Origin: Anaeramoeba ignava BMAN
Lineage: Eukaryota > Protista > Anaeramoebae
Length of the DNA: 64,000 nt
NCBI GenBank assembly: GCA_028826165.1
Contig: JAPDFW010000081.1
Span: 620,001-684,000 of the forward strand
Direction: 5' to 3'
Position numbers and translations under genes: made by a program. The notes under the pieces are model-generated. The model was not told where the DNA came from and made no database searches. It worked only from the letters and a program-made list of their open reading frames with translations. Shown in pieces: positions 41,615 through 54,614 of the stretch (the stretch's first letter is position 1; each line of letters begins with the position of its first letter).

Positions 41615-43550
41615 TAATTTAATTAAAATATTTAATAATAATTAATTAATATTTAATTTGGAAATTAATATAAAATTATAATTATAAATAAAATATAAAT
41701 AAATAATAAATTAATTATTAATTAAATAATGAAATAAAATTAATTAAAATATTTAATTAATAATTTAATCAAAATATTTAATAATAATTAATTAATATTT
41801 AATTTGGAAATTAATATAAAATTATAAATATAAATAAAATATAAATAAATAATAAATTAAATATTAATTAAATAATGAAATAAAATTAATTAAAATATTT
41901 GATTAATAATTTGGAAATTAAAATATTAAATAATTAAATAAATTAATATTTAATTTGAAATAAAAAAATTAAAATATTATAAAAATATAAATATAAATAA
42001 AAATAAAAATAAATAAAATAATAAAAATAAAAAAATATAAATTAAATAATGAAATAAAATTGATTAAAATATTTAATTAATAATTTAATCAAAATATTTA
42101 ATAATAATTAATTAATATTTAATTTGGAAATTAATATAAAATTATAAATATAAATAAAATATAAATAAATAATAAATTAATTATTAATTAAATAATGAAA
42201 TAAAATTAATTAAAATATTTAATTAATAATTTAATCAAAATATTTAATAATAATTAATTAATATTTAATTTAGAAATTAATATAAAATTATAAATATAAA
42301 TAAAATATAAATAAATAATAAATTAATTATTAATTAAATAATGAAATAAAATTAATTAAAATATTTAATTAATAATTTAATCAAAATATTTAATAATAAT
42401 TAATTAATATTTAATTTAGAAAAATTAATATAAAAATATAAATATAAATAAAATATAAATAAAATAAAATTAAATAATTAATTAAATAATAAATAATGAA
42501 ATAAAAATAAAAATTAATTAAAATATTTAATTAATAATTTAATCAAAATATTTAATAATAATTAATTAATATTTAATTTATAAATTAATATAAAAATGAA
42601 ATAAAATAAATCAAAAATATAAAAAATAAAAAATAAATAAATTAAATAAATTATAATTAAATAATGAAATAAAATTAATTAAAATATTTAATTAATAATT
42701 TAATCAAAATATTTAATAATAATTAATTAATATTTAATTTGAAATTAATATAAAATTATAAATATAAATAAAAATATAAATAAATAATAAATTAATTATT
42801 AATTAAATAATGAAATAAAATTAATCAAAAATATTTAATTAATAATTTAATCAAAATATTTAATAATAATCAATTAATATTTAATTTAGAAATTAATATA
42901 AAATTATAAATATAAATAAAATATAAATAAATAATAAATTAATTATTAATTAAATAATGAAATAAAATTAATATTTAATTAATTTAATCAAAATATTTAA
43001 TAATAATTAATATTTAATTTGGAAATTAATATAAAATTAAAAAATATAAAAATAAAAATGAAATAAAATTAAAATTAAAATATTTAATAAATAATGAAAA
43101 TTAATTAAAATATTTAATTAATAATTTAATCAAAATATTTAATAATAAATTAATTAATATTTAATTTAGAAATTAATATAAAATTATAAATATAAATAAA
43201 ATATAAATAAATAATAAATTAAATATTAATTAAATAATGAAATAAAATTAATTAAAATATTTAATTAATAATTTAATCAAAATATTTAATAATAATTAAT
43301 TAATATTTAATTTAGAAATTAATATAAAATTATAAATATAAATAAAATATAAATAAATAATAAATTAAATATTAATTAAATAATGAAATAAAATTAATTA
43401 AAATATTTAATTAATAATTTAATCAAAATATTAAATAATAATTAATTAATATTTAATTTGGAAATTAATATAAAATTATAAATATAAATAAAATATAAAT
43501 AAATAATAAATTAAATATTAATTAAATAATGAAATAAAATTAATTATTTA
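41615..43550. repeat. 146-bp tandem satellite, ~13 copies, almost pure A/T
   Basis: Anchor [G/A]GAAATTAATATAAAATTAT recurs at 41660/41806, 42126/42272/42418 and 43168/43314/43460 (146-bp spacing); intervening copies are degenerate. Confidence 0.9.
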
Positions 43551-43713
43551 ATTTGAGAAAATTTGTGTTTTTTTTTGGATTTTTTTCATTCTGAATTTGA
43601 AAAAGGAAAAAAAAAGAATTTGAAAAAGGAAAAAAAAAGAATTTGAAAAAAGAATTTGAAGAAAAAAATCCAAAATCAATTAATCATCTTTCTTTTTTTT
43701 GAATTTGGTTTGA

Positions 43714-46700
43714 TTAAAGATGATTTGAAAGTTCAATTTCCTCATTTTGATTTTTTTCCACTTCCCTTGTTCGTTTTTTTGATTTATGTCTTAACCAAAG
43801 GAAAATAATAACCACAATACCGACTAAAATAATAGGAACAACTGTTACAGTAACAATTACTTTGGTGTCTGTCGTTGAACTTTCACTACCTCCTTGAGTG
43901 GGTGGAGTTAATGTTGTAATTGAGGTTGTTGAAGATAATCCTGAATAGTCATTTGTTAAACATTGCCAATCAGCTGATGCAAATATTGTAATTTCATAAA
44001 TTTCTCCTCCAAGTAAATTTGAAACTGAATACTCTGTTATTGATTTTGGCATACAAAATGTTTTTCCATTATAAGTTAGTGAATATCCTCTTAATCCATC
44101 TGATAATTTTAATTCATCCCATTCACATTCAAATCCACAAATTGTTGAAATACAATTGAATCCAGTAATGTTTCCTAATTTGGTTTTTGTTGTGATTGTT
44201 TCACTTGTATCTCCAAGATATTGATTTGCACAACTCAATTCAGTACATCCTCTAACAGAAATATAATATCCAACATTTCCAGCTAATTCATTAATTATTC
44301 CAATCATTTCATTTCCATTTGGAATTAATGTTGTGAAATTGATCCAACTCAAATGATTATCAACTGAAACTAAATAAGATTTTGCTTCATTTACTTTTGT
44401 GAATATTAACTCAATTGCTTCAGTTTTAGAATTAGATTGGATAATATTAGGATGGAGAATATCTGAAATTCTGATTGTTTTTGATGAAATATCACCACAT
44501 TTCCCACTTGAAGAACAGGTTGAAACATTTATTTGATAGTATTGATTTGGAAGACTAACTATGAAATTTTGATATAATGAAGATGTTTGATAAGTTTGTT
44601 CATCATCAAATGATTGTGATTGATAAGTAACATTATAATAAGAAGGTTGATAAGAACCTTCAGGAGCAAGCCAAGAACAACTTATATTCAAAACATTTGA
44701 AACTAAACATTTAAGATCTCTAACAGGCCCTAATCCAACTTGAGATTGTTCATAAACAATTTCTCCTTCATCTTCATTTTCACATTCATCATTTCTACAT
44801 CCCATAATTGAAACATTATAAATTGATTCAGGTTCTAATCCACTAATTTCATAATAAGTTGAAGTATTGGAAATATTCAAAAATACAGGTTCATTCATAT
44901 TTCCTCCAATATAACTTAATTTATAATGATCAAGATGTGGAATTTCTTCAATTATTTCTACATTTGGATGTTGCCAAGAAACAATAATTGGATTTGCAAA
45001 TTCACTTAATTGAAAATTTTGAACACAATCAATTCTTGTTGTTAAATTAGTTGTTGGTGTTGAATATCCACATTCTTCTGATGTTAGATTACAAGCTTGA
45101 AGATAAATTGAATATTGTTTATTCCCATAAATTGATGGATAAATTGATGAATTAAATTCTTGATAAAAAATATTTTCTGATGAATCAAAATAAGGATATT
45201 GAATTTGAGTTTGTCCTAATCCATAATCAATTTGAAAATGAAGAGAATCATTGTTTTCAGGTTGATCCCAATAACATTCAAATGATGAAAACAAAGAACT
45301 ACAATTTATTAAATTAATTTCCGGTTTTCGAGGTATCACAATTCTTTGATAAACGATTAGTTCACTTTCATAAGGAGATCCAACAAGAAGAACATTTTCA
45401 TGAACTGCAACACTTTGTCCAGAATCCGGATCTGGATCATTTGCTTCCAAATAATTTGTTGGTTGTTCTTCAGTATTCCAATTTGTTCCATTATATCTGT
45501 AAATAAATGATTGATCCTCACTAAAAGCTCCAACAACAAGAACATCTTCATAAATTGAAACACTCCATCCAAAATTTTCAAAGGGAGGTCCATTCAATGT
45601 TTGTTCAAGGTTCCAATTTGTTCCGTTGTATCTGTAAATAAATACTTGGCTATTGAGATATGCGCCAACAACAAAAACATCTTCATAAATTGAAACACTC
45701 CATCCAAAATATGAAGATGAAACCCCATCAAATGTTTGTTCAAGATTCCAATTTGTTCCATTATATCTGTAGATAAATATTTTATCTCCATAAGCCACTC
45801 CAACAACAATAACATCTTCATAAACTGAAATACTGATTCCAAAAGAATATGAATCTTCATCCAATACTTTTTCAAGATTCCAATTTGTTCCATTATATCT
45901 GTAAATAAATCCTTGATTTGCACTAGGTGCTCCAACAACAAGAACATCTTCATAAATTGAAACACTCCATCCAAAATTTTCAAATGAATCTTCATCCAAC
46001 ACTTTCAAGATTCCAATTTGTTCCATTATATCTGTAAATAAATACTTTTCTTACACCAGAAGCTCCAACAACAAGAACATCTTCATAAATTGAAACACTC
46101 TTCCCAAAATTTTCAAATGAATCTTCATTCAAAGCTTGTTCAAGATTCCAATTTGTTCCATTATATCTGTAAATAAATACTTTTTCTTCATTAGAAGCTC
46201 CAACAACAAAAGCATTTCCATAAGCTGAAACACTATCCCCAAAACCTGAAATTGAAGGTTCATTAAATGCTTCTTCCACATTCCAAACATAAGGCATTTT
46301 TTCAGTCATAATTGCAGTTATTGAAGATAATCCTGAATATTCATTTGTTAAACATTGCCAATCAGCAGATGCAAATATTGAAATTAGATAAATTTCTTCT
46401 TGAAGTAGATTTGAAACCGCAAAATATGTTATTGAGTTATCTAAACAAACTGAAGTTGAATTATAAGTTAGTGAATATCCTCTTAATCCATCTGATAATT
46501 TTAATTCATCCCATTCACATTCAAATCCACAAATTGTTGAATTACAATTGAATCCAGTAATGCTTCCTAATTTGGCTTTTGTTGTGATTATTTCGCTTGC
46601 ATCTCCAAGATATTGACTTGCACAACTCAATTCAGTACATCCTTTAACTGAAATATTATAATCAACATTTCCAGCTAATTCATTAATTGTTCCAATCATT

Positions 46701-49700
46701 TCATTTCCATTTGGAATTAATGTTGTGAAATTGATCCAACTTATTTTGTTATCAACTGAAACTAAATAAGATTTTGCTTCATTTAATTTTGTAAATATTA
46801 ACTCAATTTCTTCAGGTTTAGAATACGATTCAATAATAATTGGAGCAGTTAAATTTTCGATGGTGATTACAGTTATTGAAGATAATCCTGAATATTCATT
46901 TGTTAAACAATTTGAATCAGCAGATGCAAATATCGAAATTTCATAAATTTCTTCTTGAAGTAAATCTGAAACCGAATAGTTTGTTATTGATTTATATAAA
47001 CAAACTGAAGTTGAATTATAAGTTAATGAATATGCTCTTAATCCATTTGATAATTCTAATTCATCCCATTCACATCTAAATCCGCAATCTGTTGAAATAC
47101 AATCGAATCCAGTAATGTTTCCTAATTTGGTTTTTGTTGTGATTATTTCGCTTGCATCTCCAAGATATTGAGTTGCACAACTCAATTCAGTACATCCTCT
47201 AACTGCAATATAATAATAAACATTTCCAGCTAATTCATTAATTGTTCCAATCATTTCATTTCCATTTGGAATTAATGTTGTGAAATTGATCCAACTTATT
47301 TTGTTATCAACTGAAACTAAATAAGATTTTGCTTCATTTAATTTTGTGAATATTATCTCAATTTCTTCAGTTTTAGAATTAGATTGATTGATAATAGGAG
47401 CACTTAAATTATCAGTTTTAATTATAAAAGTTGAAATATTGCCACATTTTCCACTTGAAGAACAACTTGAAACATTGATTTGATAGTATTGATTTGGGAG
47501 ACTAACTATGAAATTTTGATATAATGAAGATGTTTGATAAGTTTGTTCATCATCAAATGATTGTGATTGATAAGTAACATTATAATAAGAAGGTTGATAA
47601 GAACCTTCAGGAGCAAGCCAAGAACAACTTATATTCAAAACATTTGAAACCAAACATTCAAGATCTCTAACAGGCCCAAATCTAACTTGAGATTGATCAT
47701 AAATAATTTCTCCTTCATCTTCATTTTCACATTCATCATTTCTACATCCCATAATTGAAACATTATAAATTGATTCAGGTTCTAATCCACTAATTTCATA
47801 ATAAGTTGAAGTATTGGAAATATTCAAAAATATAGGTTCACTCATACTTCCTCCAATATAACTTAATTTATAATGATCAAGATGTGGAATTCCTTCAATT
47901 ATTTCTACATTTGGATATTGCCAAGAAACATTAATTGAATTTACTAATCCATTTAGTGTAAAATTTTGAACACAATCAATTCTTGTTGTTAAATTAGTTA
48001 TTGATGTTGGATCACCACATTCTTCTGATGTCAGATTACAAGCTTGAAGTTGAATTGAATATTGTTTATTCCCATAAATTGATGGATAAATTGATGAATT
48101 AAATTCTTGATAAAAAATATTTTCTGATGTATCAAAATAAGGATATTGAATTTGATTCCAATCAAATCCATAATCAATTTGAAAATGAAGAGAATCATTG
48201 TTTTCAGGTTGATTCCAATAACATTCAAATGATGAAAATAAAGAACTACAATTTATCAAATTAGTAAAAGGTGGTTTAGGTGTAATAATACTTCTTCGAT
48301 AGATAAATGATTCATCATCTCTCCAACTTCCAATAACAACAATGTTTTCATAAACTGAAACACTATATCCAAAATCTGAGCCTGAAGTTCCATTTATTGT
48401 TTTTTCAAGATTCCAATTTGTTTCATTGTATATGAAAATAAATGCTTGATTTATATTATAACTTCCAACAGCAATAACATTTTTATAAATTGAGACACTC
48501 CTCCCAAAATATGAAGGTCCATACAATATTTGTTCAAAATTCCAATTTGTTCCATTATATTTGTAAACAAATACTTGAACTCCAGAATTTCCAACAACAA
48601 TAACATCTTCATAAACTGAAACACTCTTCCCAAAATTACCTATAGATCCATTAAATGTTTGTTCAAGATTCCAATCTGTTCCATTATATCTGTAAATAAA
48701 TACTTGACCTACATAATAACTTCCAACAACAATAACATCTTCATAAACTGAAACAGTATATCCAAAATATATAGGTCCATACAATATTTGTTCAATATTC
48801 CAATTTGTTCCATTATATCTGTAAATATATGTTTGATTTGTTCTGAAAGCTCCAACAATAACAACATTCTCATAATTTGAAACACTCCATCCAAAATCTG
48901 AGCCTGAAATTCCATCAAATGTTTGTTCAAGATTCCAAATTGTTCCATTATATCTGTAAACAAACACTTTATTTTCAGCAGGAGCTCCAATAATAATAAC
49001 ATCTTCATGAATTGAAACACTATATCCAAAATAACCTGTACTTTGTTGTAATAATTGTTCAAGATTCCAATTTGTTCCATTATATCTGTAAATAAATGCT
49101 TTTCTTGCATAATAAGCTCCAATAACAACAACATCTCCATAATTTGAAACACTCCATCCAAAAGTAGAAGCAGATTCATTTAATACTTTTTCTAATACCC
49201 ATTCAAAAGAAGGTTCAACATCAGTTTGTACTGTATCATAAATAATTTCTCCTTCATCTTCATTTTCACATTCATCATTTCTACATCCCATAATTGAAAC
49301 ATTATAAATTGATTCAGGTTCTAATCCACTAATTTCATAATAAGTTGAAGTATTGGAAATGTTCAAAAATATAGGTTCATTCATATTTCCTCCAATATAA
49401 CTTAATTTATAATGATCAAGATGTGGAATTTCTTCAATTATTTCTACATTTGGATATTGCCAAGAAACATTAATTGAATTTACTAATCCATTTAGTGTAA
49501 AATTTTGAACACAATCAATTCTTGTTGTTAAATTAGTTATTGATGTTGGATCACCACATTCTTCTGATGTTAGATTACAAGCTTGAAGTTGAATTGAATA
49601 TTTTTTATTCCCATAAATTGATGGATAAATTGATGAATTAAATTCTTGATAAAAAATATTTTCTGATGTATCAAAATAAGGATATTGAATTTGATTCCAA

Positions 49701-50872
49701 TCAAATCCATAATCAATTTGAAAATGAAGAGAATCATTGTTTTCAGGTTGATTCCAATAACATTCAAATGATGAAAATAAAGAACTACAATTTATCAAAT
49801 TAATTTCCGGTTTGCGAGGTATCACAATTCTTTGATAGATAAATGATTCATCATCTCCCCAACTTCCAATAACAACAATGTTTTCATAAACTGAAACACT
49901 ATATCCAAAATAGCTGACAGTTCCATTTATTGTTTTTTCAAGATTCCAATTTGTTTCATTGTATTCGAAAATAAATGTTTGATTTATGATACAAGTTCCA
50001 ACAACAATAACATTTTTATAAATTGAAACACTTTGCCCAAAATATGAAGGTCCAATTAATGTTTGTTCATTATTCCAATCTGTTCCATTATATCTGTAAA
50101 TATATGCTCTACTTCCATAAACAGCTCCAACAACAATAACATCTTCATAAACTGAAACACTATTCCCATAATTAGCTGGAGTTTCATTCAATGTTTGTTC
50201 AAGATTCCAATCTGTTCCATTATATCTATAAATAAATGCTTTTCTTACATAAGAAGCCCCAATAACAATAACATCTTCATAAACTGAAACACTATATCCA
50301 AAAGAATTTGAATCTTCATTTAATATTTGTTCAGTATTCCAATTTGTTCCATTATATCTGTAAATATATGTTTGATTTGTTCTGAAAGCTCCAACAGCAA
50401 CAACATTCTCATAATTTGAAACACTCCATCCAAAATCTGAGCCTGAAGTTCCATCAAATGTTTGTTCAAGATTCCAATTTGTTCCATTATATCTGTAAAT
50501 AAATGCTTGATTTCCATAAGAAGCTCCAACAACAATAACATCTTCATGAATTGAAACACTATATCCAAAATAACTTGAACTTTGTTGTAATAATTGTTCA
50601 AGATTCCAATTTGTTCCATTATATCTGTAAATAAATGCTTTTCTTACATAATAAGCTCCAATAACAATAACATCTCCATAATTTGAAACACTATATCCAA
50701 AATTAGAAGCAGATTCATTTAATACTTTTTCCAATACCCATTCAAAAGAAGGATCCAGAAGAGAAGAATAATCACTTTTTGTTAATGATGTTTCTGTGGA
50801 AATTTCTTGAATTGGATTTGATTGAATCCAAATAAGATTGATGAGAAATAAAATAAGAAGAATTGGTTTCAT
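43714..50872 (-). CDS. Large intronless type I membrane protein (~2,390 aa): signal peptide, three FG-GAP beta-propeller blocks interleaved with FN3-like domains, TM helix, short tail; two track ORFs joined across a 2-nt deficit near 46003
   Basis: Repeats FG[YW]SVS.YEDVIVVGA...AFIYRYNGTNWNLEQ; FN3 motifs (INVSWQYP...YYEISGLEPESIYNVSI); TM VIVTVTVVPIILVGIVVIIFLWL. At the junction CTTGAAAGTGTTG compares with sister repeat CTTGAAAAAGTATTG. Confidence 0.88.
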
Positions 50873-51862
50873 TCCTAGTGATTTTGTTTTTAAACCTATT
50901 TTTTTTTAGTGGATTAAAGTGAATTAGATTTTGAATTAAAAAAGCAAAAAATTAGTAAAAAATTACTTGAAGTTCTAAATAATTTTAACCAAAGAGAAAA
51001 GAGAATAAAAAAAGTGATCGCAGTTTTGTTTTTTGATGTTTTTTTAAGTAAAAAAAAAGCAAAAAGACAAAAAAGTCAAAAGAGAAATTCAAAAGAAAAA
51101 ATGAAAAAAAAAAAAATTCAAAAGAATTTTTTTTCTTTTTAATTAGTTTTTTGCCTGCATTATTCTTATTAATTTTAAAAATAACAATCCAAAAAGAGTT
51201 TTTGAAAGGATTTGAATTCAATAAAGCGATCAAAAAGAAAAACATAAATAAAAACTTTTTTTTTTTATTAACAAACAGAAAGATTTAAACTTAAGAACAA
51301 CAAAAAAAAAATTTTTTTTATTAATACTTTATTATTATTATTATTCAAAAAAAAACCAACTTTTATCATTTCGAATGCAATCCATTGATAGTTGGCTTCT
51401 TATTTTGATCCTTCTTTTTGAAGGCTCCAACAAAATAAAAACAAAACAAAACAAAACAAAAAAATTTTTTTTTTAAAACTTTTTAATTGAAAGATCCAAA
51501 AACTACTCTTTTTTTTAATTGACAAAAATCCAAATAAAAATTTTTCTCTTTTTTTTTTTTTAATAAAATTAAAAAACACTTATGAACTTTTTTGTAAATA
51601 TTTATAATTTGAATTTTACTGATCAAAATAATCCCCTTTTTTCATTTTTTTTTTAAGTTTTGTTTTAGTCTCTTCTTTTAATAAAAAAAGAAAAAATAAA
51701 ATAAAGAAAGTTTTCGAATCGTTTTGGAAAATTGTTTTTCTTTTTCAACTCAATCAGAAATGAAATAATAAATCAAAATAGAACTAATCAAAATATTTTT
51801 GTTAGAAAGATGAATGAAAATAATTTTAATTTTCTAAAAAGAAAAAGGAAAAGAAAAAGAAA

Positions 51863-54460
51863 TTAGGCAATGTAAAAATATTCGTTTTTAGATCCTGAAA
51901 CTCTTCCAATATATTCTTTTTCAATTAATGATTCTAAACTTATTTTCATCATTGAAACATCTGGATAAAATCTTGTTTTAGCTTGCTTCATTACTTCAGA
52001 AACTAAATCTTGATGTGTTAGTTTTTTTCGACTTTTCATAATTCGAACAATAATTGATTGTAATATCATTTTTCTTTCTTCTTGGATTTTTTTTCGAATA
52101 TTTTCATTTTCTTTATTTTCTTTGTTTCGATAAAATCCGTAATATGTTTTTATTTTGAATCTTTTCTTTTTTCTGTTAACTTTTTGATTTAATGAAAATT
52201 GGTGAGTTGGTGCTATTTCTTCAATATCTCTTTTTATTTTTGGTTCGCAACAAAGAATTTTGTTTTTAAAAAGTGTAAATAAACTTATAAGAACATCTTT
52301 TTGATTTAATCCAGTTATTTCTTTGATTTGTTCTGTTGAGCATTTATCATATGAATTGAAAACAAGAAGAACACTTGCTTGATAATCATTCATAATTCCG
52401 ATATGTTTTTTTTTGGTGTAATTCATTTGGATCTCAACACTTGAAATATTGTGAATAAAATTAATTATTCTTCCTTGATGCTGTTTTTTATAAAATTCAT
52501 TAAACATTGCAATATGCTTTTCCATAAATTCGACTGTTTTGAATTGCTTTAGTGATGATGTTAGTGCTTCAATTTTTATGGGCCAAGCTCCTGATGTTAA
52601 AATTTGAAATTTAACTTGAATATCATTTTTCTCATTTTTTTCATTTTTGATAAATTTTGAATAATTTTCACTTAATTCTTCACTTCTTGAGATATCTCGA
52701 AACATTCTTTCCAGTTTTGAAGTGAAATCAAATCCGCAAACAATTCTTAATTTATTGATCATTTCTAATTCACTTTCTTTTGAAATTGATATTCTTTGTA
52801 TTAATCTTTTTCCTAAATAATTTGAATAAAATTTTTCGAAAATATCTCTTTCTGTAATATGTTTAAGGATTGAAACAATCCCGTTCATCACTTTTTCCAT
52901 TTCATTTTCATCATTTTGATTTTTGCTTCTTTTGAGTTTAATGTCGCAATATTGCGCAACCATTTGAGATGAATTTGGATTTTTGGAAAGAATTTTTGTA
53001 ATTGCTTTTGAAATTTCCTTCGATAGATTACTATCATTTTTGCTTGTTTTTTTATTAATTTTTTCATACTTTGAATATATGCCAATGATATTTGTAACAT
53101 AAATTTCTACTTCATTTTGATTATTTCGATTATTTTCTTTTTCTTTTTCTTTTTCAATTTCAACTTGATTTTTATTTTTATTTTTATTTTTATTTTTATT
53201 TTTATTTTCTATTTCAATTTGATTATTTTCATTGTTTTCATCATTTTCATTGCTTTCATCGTTTTCATTGCTGGATCTAAAAATTTTATTTGCTTCTTTA
53301 ATAATTGCTTCATAAAACTTAATGTATAATTTATCCAATTCGTTTGGAACTCTTTTGATCAATTTATATATTTTTTCAATATATTCATAATCATTGCTTT
53401 CAATTAGATTTGGAAGAATATCTAAAATAGCATCGTTGTATTTCCCGATCATCTCTTCATTACAAATTTCGATATATCTTTCAATAGAACTTGTATGAAG
53501 ATATGTTGTTGCTCGCTTTTCCTCTTCAGTTATTCGTTTATCGACTTTATCAATATATGTTTTGATACTTTTTATTGATCTTTCACAAAGAAGATCTGTT
53601 TCATAAATTGAGTAATAGTCTTTAGTTTCATTAAAAAAAGGTTTTTCAAAGGTATCAATATAATATCCAAGATCGTTTTGTTTCTCAAGAAATTCCTGTT
53701 TTTGGTTGTTTTGTTTTTTTCTTTGATCCATTTCATTTTGATGTTGGAAATTAAAGAAATCATTGTCGCTAAGTCTTCTCCCGATTCTTTCTTGGTGGGT
53801 ATTGTAATGGGGCTCTCCTAATAAAAGTAGGCATGAAATTGTGTCTCTGATTGCAATGTTAAATTTCAGATTTTTAGAGTCTCTTTCTTCTTTGACTTCT
53901 TGGAGTATTTTGCGAATTATTCTTTGTTTGAATTTTTCGAATACATTTTCTTTCCACAATTTTTCGCCTAAAACAATAATAGGATAAACAGGAGAATCAT
54001 GTTCTTTTGTATAAGCTCTTGAGTGAGCAAGAGAGTTATAAGTAATGCATAAAGAAGAAAATGTCGAGAAATTATTATTTGTAATTAATTGGTGTGATTT
54101 GATTCTTTTTGAAATCCAAGATTTATGAAGATATTTGAATAAATCAGCAAGATAAATTAAGGATTTATGGAAAAAAGTGAAAGAAGAAGAATGACTTGAA
54201 AGAATTTGCTCATTATCTTCGAATTGAACTAAATTACTGTAAATTTGAGTTGTGTAATTTGATAAAAAAAGAGAAATTTTTGAATAGAGTTGATTTGAAA
54301 AAGGTTTTGGAGTTGCAGAACATAAATCATAAATAGTTTGATAAAGATAATTCCATTCTTCATTTTGAGAAGTTTTTTTCAAACCAAAAACAATATCAAT
54401 TCCATTTTGTAATTCAATCCATTTTGATTCAAATTCTTTTTGAGTAATATTTGAATACAT
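51863..54460 (-). CDS. Cullin (CUL1/CUL2-like), intronless
   Basis: Cullin homology (RDIFEKFYSNYLGKRLI...GFDFTSKLERMFRDI...LTSGAWP) and neddylation motif IVRIMKSRK...LIEKEYI. Confidence 0.95.
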   Translation of the reverse strand: MYSNITQKEFESKWIELQNGIDIVFGLKKTSQNEEWNYLYQTIYDLCSATPKPFSNQLYSKISLFLSNYTTQIYSNLVQFEDNEQILSSHSSSFTFFHKSLIYLADLFKYLHKSWISKRIKSHQLITNNNFSTFSSLCITYNSLAHSRAYTKEHDSPVYPIIVLGEKLWKENVFEKFKQRIIRKILQEVKEERDSKNLKFNIAIRDTISCLLLLGEPHYNTHQERIGRRLSDNDFFNFQHQNEMDQRKKQNNQKQEFLEKQNDLGYYIDTFEKPFFNETKDYYSIYETDLLCERSIKSIKTYIDKVDKRITEEEKRATTYLHTSSIERYIEICNEEMIGKYNDAILDILPNLIESNDYEYIEKIYKLIKRVPNELDKLYIKFYEAIIKEANKIFRSSNENDESNENDENNENNQIEIENKNKNKNKNKNKNQVEIEKEKEKENNRNNQNEVEIYVTNIIGIYSKYEKINKKTSKNDSNLSKEISKAITKILSKNPNSSQMVAQYCDIKLKRSKNQNDENEMEKVMNGIVSILKHITERDIFEKFYSNYLGKRLIQRISISKESELEMINKLRIVCGFDFTSKLERMFRDISRSEELSENYSKFIKNEKNEKNDIQVKFQILTSGAWPIKIEALTSSLKQFKTVEFMEKHIAMFNEFYKKQHQGRIINFIHNISSVEIQMNYTKKKHIGIMNDYQASVLLVFNSYDKCSTEQIKEITGLNQKDVLISLFTLFKNKILCCEPKIKRDIEEIAPTHQFSLNQKVNRKKKRFKIKTYYGFYRNKENKENENIRKKIQEERKMILQSIIVRIMKSRKKLTHQDLVSEVMKQAKTRFYPDVSMMKISLESLIEKEYIGRVSGSKNEYFYIA

Positions 54461-54614
54461 TTTATTTATTTATTTATTTATTTAAAAATGAAAAAAAATG
54501 AAAAAAAAATTTTTCTCTTTTTTATTTTATAATTTTTTTTTTCTCTTTTTTTTTAATTGAGAAAAAATGAATTTTCTTTTTTTATTTTTCATTCTTTGTT
54601 TTTTTCTTTTTGAA

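Noticed and set aside
41615-43550. CRISPR array or transposon
   Set aside because: Head-to-tail monomers without unique spacers, no cas or transposase ORF, no terminal repeats; eukaryotic context.
45357-50619. Overlapping MKMLLLLE-type ORFs in the FG-GAP gene
   Set aside because: Shifted-frame shadows of the repeated blades.
51863-54460. Cullin as the dedicated partner of the neighbouring BTB genes
   Set aside because: BTB adaptors use CUL3, and this N-terminus lacks CUL3 hallmarks; proximity alone is not evidence.
54567-54614. Signal peptide MNFLFLFFILCFFLFE on the M16 peptidase
   Set aside because: T-rich 5' sequence containing the Inr-like motif; ATG 54615 is more plausible, though the longer start is not excluded.
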